A stretch of 63,427 nucleotides of DNA, the filler included, from Xylographa opegraphella (Eukaryota), in NCBI GenBank assembly GCA_022813865.1. It is 3 parts of 3 records of this genome, joined end to end, with 100 filler letters (N's around TTAATTAATTAA, not from the genome) between each part and the next. Parts side by side here need not be neighbours in the genome. Positions count along the whole stretch, not along the records: positions 21,597 to 42,569 come from JALDZX010000136.1; positions 42,670 to 63,427 come from JALDZX010000137.1; 1 more part is not named here. The stretch is one strand, 5' to 3'. Below, one piece after another: positions 37,178 through 47,601 of this stretch. The notes under the pieces were generated by a model that saw only the letters and a list, made by a program, of their open reading frames with translations, was not told where the DNA came from and made no database searches. The translations under genes were made by a program, and so were the position numbers. Position 1 is the stretch's first letter; every line of letters starts with the position of its first letter.

Positions 37178-38060
37178 ATGGGTGTTACCAGAAAGGTACT
37201 GAAGCCAGGCAATGAAGCGGAAAAGCCGATGAAAGGAGACGAGATCATTGTTGAATATACAGGCAACCTCTACGACGAAACAAAGGGGCCCAGTAACGAT
37301 TTCCGGGGCAAGGAGTAGGTCAATTGATATTACATTACGACAAGTTTTGAGTTGAGGCTACAGGTTTGATTCTTCCAAAGGTCGCGGAGACTTCAAGATA
37401 CTCATTGGTATGGGAAAAGTGATCAAAGGTAGTCAAGGCAGCTACGCTCCTTGTATTGATGGTTACATTAATAGCAAAATGCAGGCTGGGATGAGGAGAT
37501 TCTCCAGATGAGCCTGGGTGAGATATGCATCTTGACGATTACTGGGTGAGTGTTGTTATTAATTTTACCACCTATAGTTTAAGCTAGATATACTAATCAT
37601 CTCGAGCCAGTGACTATGCCTATGGCGAGCGGTCAGTCTACCACTCTTGCCCTTCCTGAGAGAGAGACTGTTGGATTTAGGGCGCAGTCTCACGTGATCA
37701 CTAGTTGACTAGGCAACGCTAGAACCTCTGTATATGTTGCAGAGCTTTTATCTTAGTTGTTCTGTACCAATAGCACCAATATACACATGCATGACCTCCT
37801 GATTTCCAACAGAGACATCAAAAGCACCATAGACTGACAGGTGCTTCTCCTGGCTATAGTGGCTTTCCCGGCCTTATTCCGTCCAATGCAAGCTTGGTTT
37901 TGTGAGTACAACCTTTTTTTAATATCTACACTTGGCGTGGTCGTGGTCTGCATGGCGCGCCTGCAGCCCCAATGCTACTTCTCGTTATTGAAACTTTCTG
38001 CATCCGCTAATATTTAATAGCGAGATAGAGTTGAAAGGTATCAATAGAAAAACGGCCTAG
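37178..38060 (+). CDS. fpr1: FKBP12-type peptidyl-prolyl cis-trans isomerase (fpr1B-like), 121 aa, 6 exons
   Basis: Exons 37178-37314, 37364-37428, 37485-37545, 37611-37631, 37860-37901 and 38021-38060 give MGVTRKVLKPGN...YTGNLYD...FDSSKGRG...VIKGWDEEILQMSLGE...[28 protein letters not shown]. Confidence 0.93.
37669..37811 (+). mobile_element. Copia-family solo LTR inside FKBP intron 4
   Basis: TGTTGGA...TCCAACA, 143 bp, TSD GAGAC; identical by eye to 41580-41722. Confidence 0.95.
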
Positions 38061-38685
38061 GCTCACTCACATTCTCCCTCTCATCTTAACTGTACGGAAT
38101 GAACATTCATCCGAATTCGATACTACATGAAGGCGTAAGGAGCCGCAGTCAGACTATAGGTGCAGTGTATTGTTACGAAAAGTCTGGTACTTACAACTCT
38201 CTTTGCGTATACGTGCACGTAAGGTCACGGCTTGATTTATGGTATACGATATAGATAATAAGGTGTTTCCATCAATACACCTTTGCTGTCTTCGTATCTT
38301 TAATCTTATATGCGAATGGTGCATGCCAAACCCGAACCTTCTCTTGTTCCATCCAATTGTGCCTCTTCCCCGTTCATCCGAACTCAAAAAGCTCTTCCCG
38401 ATCCCTCCCGGCTATGAACGGTCAGTCTCGGCGTGGATATCTGGGCGAGACTCACCACATGGAAGGTTCGCGTAGGATATCCGAGTCATATTCTGTCTAT
38501 CAAGTGTATCGCCCGAGTGCAACCCATTACCATGTGAGAACAGGGGGTCCGCATATGCAGGGTTAAACACGCAGACGAATAAGACACCATGGTCAATTAT
38601 CGTCCGCACGACACTACTCCGAGCGACAGAGGTCTGCTTTGGTCATATTTTAAACATAAGGTCTCGCCAAAGGTCTCTGACCATG

Positions 38686-40637
38686 TTACGTTGTTCTATT
38701 CAGCTCCTCAATCTGTGGATCCATCTGCTCCTTCTGCCGGTCCATCTGTCCTTTCAGCAAACCCATGAGCTCCCTGTGTCGCTGGTTGCTTTGCTCCTCC
38801 TTCTGAGCCATCTGTTTCATAAGTTCTGTCAGTTGCTGATTGCTTTGCTCCTCCTTCTGAGCCATCTGTTTCATAAGTTCTGTCAGTTGCTGATTGCTTT
38901 GCTCCCTTTCTTGTTTGTTCTCTTCTCTCAGCCGTTCAATCTCCTGCTTCAGCATAGCCTTTGGCATCAGTTTTGCTTTTTTAGCTGATGGTAGTGGTGG
39001 TACTACAAATCCGCTTTCTTGAGATGCAGGAGCGCTTGTTGCCATGTCCTGTGAATTTAGTTCTGATTCGTCGGCGCTAGCAATTGATGTGAATGAACCG
39101 CCAAGTGGGACCTCGAAATTTATGTCAGCCGGTATGTCATCAATGGCCGAGCAGATCAATTTGTAGTGGTCCGGCATCCATATGTCGTAGACGTTCTTCG
39201 TGAACTTGTAGGCCGTCCATTTGTCCTTCCCATCCAGAGCCGTAAAGTCGAATTTGTGGATAGGATGGCGATAGAAGGTAGTCTTGTCTCCGTCAATCAC
39301 AGAGTAATGGCCAAATATTCTTACAGCTTCGTCGTCGTGCGAGATCGAGAAAGCTAGAACTTTCCGATGAAGCTCTTTCTCGCGTTCAACCAGTTTGAAA
39401 AGTTCGACTATACCTCTTACAGCAAGAGTCATACTGTGCGCATTCTGTCGATCTGCAATATCAAGCCCTCCAGAGCCACATTTCGCTTCGCAGGTGAAAA
39501 ATGGGAAGTACATCCTCCACGTAGCAAGAAAGAAGGAAGAAGATTTGGTGGCAGCTAAGACATTCCCAGTGAAAGGCTCCAGCCTCTTGAGTTGATCCCG
39601 AGTAAATGCAGATCTCTTAAATCCCACACAAAAATCAGGCTGTGGAAGAGTAGGCGTTACACGAATGGATTCGTTCCAGCGTTCATTCATACCAACAATC
39701 AAAGGCTTCAAATGAGTGTCACCGTATGTCGCTAGAGTCTCAGCAGAAGGAACAATCAATCGAGCAATATCGTTGATAACCCTAGCCTCATTTCTGTCTC
39801 GTAGTTTTGCACAGGCTTCTTTGAATAGATCGTCACGGAACAATGAATCTTGAGGAACTTTCTGCTTTGTATTTAGCAGAATTGGAATTTCATCTTTACT
39901 GCTATCTGTGATCCCTTGATGGAATTCATCCAGAAAACTTCCTTGTTCTGCGAGTAGGGTTTCGTAAGCTAGATCTTTGTAGGGTGCACTCTTGCCCTCT
40001 GTCTTCTGGCTGGGTGTGATAGAGCTAGACTCCAATGCTTCACGGCAAAGAGCAGCAGAGGACTTTTTCCGTGCAAGCGGTGAACTCATATTGATTTCTG
40101 GTTCGAAATATTCCTTAGGCCAGCGACCTTCCCGAATCCAGTGATTGATTGGGTGACCAGTCTTGTTGCAAGTATCGCTTGCCGCCCTTTTGAAGCTTGC
40201 TACTGAAGTTCGTGCTCGTTTTGTAGTATGCTCCTCCTGAACCTTCGCAGTTGGACAGTTGGTGGTTTCGTGCGATCGCTTTCGTTTTCGATCAGCGGCT
40301 TTCTCTGAAACAGGGGAATTTTGTAGTAACTTTGATTTGAGTCAGCCTTTGTAAGACCATGTGGGGGATGACAGCCAGGACATGCCTCTTCGCCGAAAGA
40401 GTTACTCGCGGAGGGAGAGGGAAGTAGAGGCTGCCGCTGCGGAGTCTTGCGCTGTAGACGTATGCTTCTACGGACAGGCTTGAGTGAATGCTTGCGATTA
40501 ATACCCGAAGGCCGCATCCCTAAAGATGGTCAGCAAGATGTAAGGAGGGCTTTTGACGTGCATGTTTCACCTTCGTTGGCAAGTGATTTCGAAGATTGCC
40601 GGCCGTTTCTTTGGACGTTCGTCTTGGTCTGAGGCAT
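38686..40637 (-). CDS. PD-(D/E)XK nuclease-like protein (DUF7924-type) with a coiled-coil repeat tail
   Basis: Exons 40637-40571, 40519-40386 and 40329-38686; second intron is GC-AG. Motifs HPINHWIREGRWPKEYF, RNEARVI, PQPDFCVGF, FPFFTCEAKCG...DIADRQNAHS, LAFSISHD...VRIFGHY. Confidence 0.8.
38786..38905 (-). repeat. Coding 54-bp tandem duplication (EQSNQQLTELMKQMAQKE, ~2.2 copies)
   Basis: Two identical 54-bp units read directly from the sequence. Confidence 0.95.
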
Positions 40638-41413
40638 GTCAATTGGAAAGAGATGAAAGAAGATGCATCTATGGTGAAACGGGATGAGATGCTTGCAGTG
40701 AAAGGTGGTGTTGTACTAAAGAGTAGCTCGGCGGCAAAGTTGACTCATCAAGCCCAAAGGTGGGGTAGCTTTGGGCTAGCGGCCCATAAATTCTCCGTGC
40801 TGTTTAAGACAGTTGGTCAAGGGATAGCGGATACGTGCCGAGGCCGCTTGTCGCTTGAAAATACCGTAAATTAGTGGTCTGGGACCTGTAACTAGCTACT
40901 AGCCGCTGGACCTTTGGGCAATCGATTCCAAGTCCCTCGACTGTCGCACTTTTCCTTATCGGGGTTTTACTGGCCCAATGGTCAAATAGATCCCCCATTC
41001 TGAACTTAGTCTTTTACGAATTGAAACTGATTGACTCTGATGTGGCTGTACGTTGCCTTTTCTCTTTATAATGTACGCATTCTCATTAGATTGTGGTTTG
41101 CCCTACTATTGCCCGAGATGTATGACACGGTTCCAGTAATCCCTTGTCGAGCCACAACCAGTACGTCAACAGCGTTGTTGGTGCACCCAGAGCCATGATT
41201 TTGTCAATCCTTCGTGACAAGTCCTTGCATGACTTCCCTTTCGTCGATCCTGTCTATCTCTGTGGGCTCATTGATACAGTCGTCTCAGGCATGGGGCGCC
41301 GGTTTCAATGGCAGCCTGCAAGCTCCATCTTTACCAGTACTGAGACCACCCTCAGAACTACTCCAGCAAACAAGGGAATATCCGGTAAAACTAGGGGAGA
41401 GATGTCTGACTGC

Positions 41414-41520
41414 ACGAGGTGGTGTGGACGAGGTGGTGTGGACGAGGTGGTGTGGACGAGGTGGTGTGGACGAGGTGGTGTGGTCGAGGTGGTGTGGACG
41501 AGGTGGTGTGGTCGAAGTGG
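41414..41520. repeat. 14-bp G-rich minisatellite (A/T)CGAGGTGGTGTGG, 7 full units plus a partial
   Basis: Read directly from the sequence. Confidence 0.97.
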
Positions 41521-41579
41521 AAAAAGGGCTTAGATCAGTAGCCTTGTGTTCCAATCGCTGTCAACATGTAAACTTGGAG

Positions 41580-42272
41580 TGTTGGATTTAGGGCGCAGTC
41601 TCACGTGATCACTAGTTGACTAGGCAACGCTAGAACCTCTGTATATGTTGCAGAGCTTTTATCTTAGTTGTTCTGTACCAATAGCACCAATATACACATG
41701 CATGACCTCCTGATTTCCAACAGGTTATGAGCCCGGATGCTGACATTGATTGAAGCAATTCAAACCGTCACATCTGCTGCGTGTTGATATCGATTCTGTT
41801 CGCGTTGTTTGCGACAGAACAAGAGTTTTTTGTTATACCTCTTGCGGCAGTGTTCATAGCTTTGCTTGACACTTATTGCGATATCTTGATGTGGCCGCTA
41901 CGACGTTTTCTTACGGCGATTTTAGTGGCCTATTGATCAAGAAAGAAGGTCAGGATTCAGCGGGCTCAGTTACATTTGAGTTGGCTGCGTCTGTATTTAA
42001 CGAATCGACCCATCGTTCGAATATTTCTGCATTTCGCTCCCTTCAAAATTTCTACGAACACCTCGTCGACACTATATTTATTTCTTTCGACTACGGCTAC
42101 AAAGGCACGAAGTTGAAAGGCGCTATTAATTATAAAGAATGGCACGACAACCTCCTCGGTCACGCTAAGCGTGCGAATTTATAAAATGTAATAACGGGCA
42201 AAAAAGCCCTTTTTACACTTAATGATGGTGAAGATCAGGCTGCCTTTGGGGCAAAAACACGTCAATACGCTC
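41580..42272 (+). mobile_element. 5' end of a Ty1/Copia element (5' LTR, PBS, start of gag), interrupted by nested insertions
   Basis: LTR 41580-41722 followed by GGTTATGAGCCC; gag-like KLKGAINYKEWHDNLL. Confidence 0.88.
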
Positions 42273-42482
42273 TGTAACGGCGTGTTACATGGCACCTTAA
42301 TAAGTGATCCTTATATTATTCTAGGTTGAAATCGCTCACCTATAGCTGTGGTTTTAGGCCTGCTTTTCTGGTGAGATAGCGAGCCGTAACATTAGAATAA
42401 TATCAATTTGTTCCCGACCTGTAAAGGTGACTAATATACCTTGAACAAACGAGTGTGTGGACGAATTCAGTTCTTGTTTACA
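42273..42482 (+). mobile_element. Gypsy family A 5' LTR (internally deleted) plus leader, nested in the Copia gag
   Basis: TGTAACGGCG...GCCGTAACA at 42273-42391, then a leader matching 24095 onward. Confidence 0.88.
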
Positions 42483-42569
42483 TGTTACGATCCTGCCTCT
42501 CACTCGTATAGTTCGATTAGGGATCTGGGTTGGATTCGTCAATGAGTAGATAGGAAGTCACGATGCAGT
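42483..42569 (-). mobile_element. LTR family B end nested in the Gypsy A leader, truncated by a gap
   Basis: Reverse complement of the family B 3' end. Confidence 0.85.
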
Positions 42570-44597
42570 NNNNNNNNNNNNNNNNNNNNNNNNNNNNNNN
42601 NNNNNNNNNNNNNTTAATTAATTAANNNNNNNNNNNNNNNNNNNNNNNNNNNNNNNNNNNNNNNNNNNNATTAAATTATTAAATTATTAAATTATTAAAT
42701 TATTAAATTATTAAATTATTAAATTATTAAATTTTTTAATTTTTAATTTTTTTAATATTACGATATCGTTTTTTTCCTAAATATAAATATTAATTATAAG
42801 GCTTTGACAACTACGATAAATAATTACGAAAAATTAATATTTATTTATTATTATATAATTTATTCATATAGGCGTTGGGAATAAATTTATTATTTTTATT
42901 ATTTAAAGAATTTGATATAAATAAAGTATTACGAGCGAAGGTTAATATACTTAAAACTTTAATTTTAAATATATTAAATTTTTAAAAAAAATATTTTCGT
43001 AAATTATATTAATTTAAAAATTACGATTAAAATCAATCGCGTTTAAAAATAATAAAAATATTTAACTAACGCTAACAATAAAATCTTGACTTTATTACGT
43101 AAATTAATTTTATTGAATATAATAATAAAGCATTTGATTTTATTAGCGCTTTCGTTTTATATATATATTTAAAAAAAATAGCGACTTTTATAAATAAAAT
43201 AATAACTATTTGTTTAAAATCGAAATTAACTACGATTATCCAAAAAAAAATTAAATATATAATTTTATACTAATAGAATAATTATTTTGCAGTTTCGTAT
43301 AGAAATTCTAGAAAAACCTATTCACCATCGTTAAATAAAAAATATTTTAATACGAAAATTTATTAATTAATACGGTATTTAAAGGTATGTTTATCGCATC
43401 GAAAAAAATTTAATAATAATAATAATTAATTTCGTTTAATTGTAATTCAATTTTTCAAAAATCGAGCAAAATTACGTAACAAATAAATAAACGTTCATAA
43501 TTTTAATAAATATAAAAAATAAAAATAAGATACATAAAAAAGGATTCGTAAAATTATTATCGTAAAAGCATTTATAAAATAACGAATTATTCATATTTAT
43601 ATTTAAATTTTACATTTAAAAACGTTACGCTTGGATGATTAAATCAGTTAATCAAGGGGGGGGAAATAGGGGAAAGAAGAAAATAAAGGGAAAGAAGAAA
43701 AACGGGAAATTCAAAGGCGAAAAAAAAATTAAATAAATATAGTAATTAAAATAAAAATTAATTTATAACGATTAACGTAATTTATTCTGATTTTGCCTTT
43801 ATTTCGCCCTGCGAAATAAACTTTCATCAGCAAAAAGGAAAAACGAATATTCGATCAAAAAGTATATTTTTTGCGTAAAAAATAAATTTATAAAAATAAC
43901 ACAAGGTCCTAATTTTTGCATATAGAAAATATGCTTTTTGCGTATTCAATACGTTTAACACGTTCAGCAACTTTTTTATTAAATTAAAAAATTAAAAAAA
44001 TTATTTCAAAATATTTAATTCGCATAAAAATATATTTAAAAATTGTTGATTGATTAATTATTCTTACTTCGATGTAAATCCTAAAAAGGTTTACACGGAA
44101 TTAATTTATTAATATTTATATATATAAATTAAAAAGCTATTCAATAAAGGTAAAAAAATTTATATTTTTTTAGGTTATTTATACGTGCGATTTCCGTATG
44201 ATCGATAAATATCGTAATATTATAATTACCCCTTTTTTCTTGATTTTCTACTTGTTTTACAACGGTTATTGTTAATAATTTATTAATTCTGCGTTTACTA
44301 TATTTTTACTAAAAAAACCTGGGTTTTACTAATCAATTTTTATTATTTTCGACGATCGTTCGAAATTTAATTATAATTGTAGTAAAATATACGCCGTAAA
44401 ATTATGTTTAAATCGCAATTAATACGGTGCTAATTATTTATTTAATTTTAACTCTTTTTTAAACCTTTTACGTTAGTATAAAACGAGATTTTAAAACTCG
44501 ATATTAAAATAAAAACCGCGTTTTCTTTCGATTACGTTAAATAACTTTTAAAGTAAACGACTTCGCACGTTTTAAATTAGTATATTTTTTTATAATC

Positions 44598-44774
44598 TAT
44601 TGAAACTACAGGTAATGGCAGCAGGTAATAGTGCATTGCTTAATCACTAAGAAGGTGAAGAGTTCTTCTGGAGACGGGGCTCCAGAAGACTCCTCTAGTT
44701 CTGNACTAAGCTAGGCCTAATCGGCTATAGTAAAGGACCAACAACACAGACTGCTAACGCCCTGATTTTCAACA
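44598..44774. mobile_element. Probable solo LTR (family D)
   Basis: GC-normal island bounded by TATTGAAA...TTTCAACA terminal inverted repeat; no matching TSD. Confidence 0.65.
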
Positions 44775-46575
44775 ATATTGAGTTTTTTATTATTATATTT
44801 ATATCAATATTTCCATAGTATTTTTTATTTAAATTATAAAATAATACTATAAAATAAATGCAGAATCAAATTCTTTTATTTTAATAAATTATTAATAATC
44901 TTTTATTATCGACTCGTTTTTTAATTTTTCAAAATCGTATAAAACTCGAGCTTTGTTCAATTAAAAAATACATGGATTTTTTGAAATTACTTTTTATTTT
45001 TATTAATTAAAAGCTTGAATCTTAAATTTTATTCTAAATTAAAAATTATTTAAATATAATTTTAAAAGCCCTTTAATTTTCTCATTCGTTATACGATAGT
45101 AATAATTCGAGAGTTTATATTAATAAAATAATAATTAAATTAAATGAAATTAAATGAAATTTCCAGAAATTTCCCGTTTGAATACAATAACGTTTAAATA
45201 ATTAAAAATTCCATCTTTATGAAATTTATAAAATAAACTTTTAAAGATTCTGGCGAAAATATTTGGAAAATATAGAAAAGAAATTAAAATATATTATATA
45301 ATTATATTTCGTTAATTATTAAAATTTTGTTGAATTTAATCGATTATATAATAAATTATACTTTAAATCGAGTTTAATTTAAATTAATTTTGCGAAGCGC
45401 GTATTCTCGGGTATGTATCGTTAATAATGAATATTTTAATATAAATCAAGATTTTAAGATTTAATAATATAAACTCGCAAATATATAACGATTATAAATA
45501 TATATATATAAATATATATAATATAAATAATAATTTCCATTAAATTTTTAATTAAATTTTTAATTAAATTTTTAATTAAATTTTTAATTAAATTTTTAAA
45601 TAAATTTATAAAGATTAATAATATTGATATACGTAATTTGAATAAATAATTATATCGGGTTATTTCGAAAGTATTTAATTTATCGCTATTAACTTTATAA
45701 ACGTTCGTCGAGTTTGAATTTAAAAGTTTTTAAATATAATTATAATATTTTAAGCGATTTTTTAATACCATTCTTTCGTCTAAAAAAGTCGCTTCGTAAT
45801 AAATTTATTTCGTCGTTAATTATAAAATCGAGTATAATTATTCTATTCATAATGATTTAAAAAGAAATAGCAGTAATTTAAATACGTATCGAAAATAGTA
45901 TTGTAAAAAATAAATATCAACGAAAAAAATACGCTTATTTAATAGATCGATTATTACGAATATGTTTAATATATAAAATATAAAATTTTGAGCTTGAAAT
46001 ACAACGCGTATTTTAATTTATTGAATTAATTTAAAATAATTCAGAATCGCAAATTTGAACTATTCATATATTAATTTTTTAAAATAAAAGTCCACACTTA
46101 AAATACGAGCATGCAGAAATCACGTATAAAATATAAATAATTAAACAAACATGCAGGCGAATAAATAAATAAATCAATAAATCGAACGCCATTTTGAATC
46201 TTGTATTTTACGAAAGCTGACGTAAACCCGACGATGTATATACTCGTAAAATACGAATAATTGTTTGAATATTTTTCAAGAATTGATGTCGTCGATATAA
46301 AATTATATTTTTGATTGTAATTAATATAAAAGATATTTAGGGTTTCGCCTTGAATATTTTTTTTACTTTAAATCAAATTAATTTTATATTTTCAATATTC
46401 AACAAATATAATATATAAAATAATTAAAATAATTTCGAAGACAAATATATTTGTTTACAAAAACGATTAAGCTCGTAAACAAATTAATATAAACATATAA
46501 TATAACGAAATCGCAACGACAAATATACGTTTATAAAATAGAAAATAAAATTTTTCTAAAATTTTTCATTTATAT

Positions 46576-46832
46576 TGTGGTGGATTCGGGGCGGGTCTTT
46601 TGGGCGCTTTTTGATTTGGAGCTTCCTTCCTCACGCATCTGCATATAGCGATAGAGCAGCAGAGCCACAACGGCAGTTAATTCGTTTTTTTTCTTCTTTT
46701 CACTCTCTGTCGGACGGAAAGTGACCTTATTCAGAAAAGACTTCACCTAGCTGCGACCCCGATCCAATCCTTTTGCCTACCCCTTTGCCTACTCAACTAG
46801 GCTGCTGCGGACTTCCTACGAATTCCTTTACA
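46576..46832. mobile_element. Probable solo LTR (family E)
   Basis: GC-normal island, TGT...ACA ends, possible 4-bp TSD ATAT. Confidence 0.65.
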
Positions 46833-47601
46833 ATATAATCATTAAATAAATTTTTCGATGAATCGATTAAAGTCGATAATATAAAATATATATAAATATT
46901 ATTATTATTACTTTAATATTTTCATTCTTAAAAGTTATAATAATCGAATCGAGTTTTTGTTTATAAAGTCAATTTTTCACCGATTGATTAAATTTAAAAA
47001 TAAATATATTTTCGACTTTTATATTCAAAATGACGCATTCTTTGTATTTAAATAAATTCGTAGTTTATATTTTGAATACGCTTTTATATATTTATAATTG
47101 AACGTTATTATTTTAATATATATACTTGTTTTAAATCTTTGATATAAATAAAATGAGTTTTAATTTAACGTATTGACATGGGCGTTCGTTTTTTCGAATT
47201 GTATAATTTATTTCTTTAACAAAAACATATTTTTTAACAGTTTATAACAATCTTTATTCAAATATTAAATAAATTTTATATTAAAATACAATTCTCGTTT
47301 TCGCGCGAATACTCGAACTCGAAATTTTAAATGAAATATTTAAAGATTTTAATTTGCGTACAAAACGCGTGGATAATATTATAATTAATTCTTTTTAAAA
47401 AGCCGTTATGATTTATTAATTAAATTTATATATTTTTTAATGAAAAATACGTTTTTATTTAATAATTTACTCCTTATAATTTATAAATTATTTACATATT
47501 TTTCGCCCCCGTAATATATAATAAAGGTTTATTAATAAATATTTTCGTTTATTATTTATATGTAAAACATTGACGAAGCGTTTAATTAAAATATTTTTAT
47601 T

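Noticed and set aside
41144..41591. ORFs with TRWCGRGGVDEVVW repeats
   Set aside because: Translations of the 14-bp minisatellite, whose unit is not a multiple of 3
37669..41722. A single LTR element that captured host genes between two identical LTRs
   Set aside because: The left LTR has its own TSD (GAGAC) and no PBS, and the right LTR is a 5' LTR with the PBS downstream, so these are independent insertions
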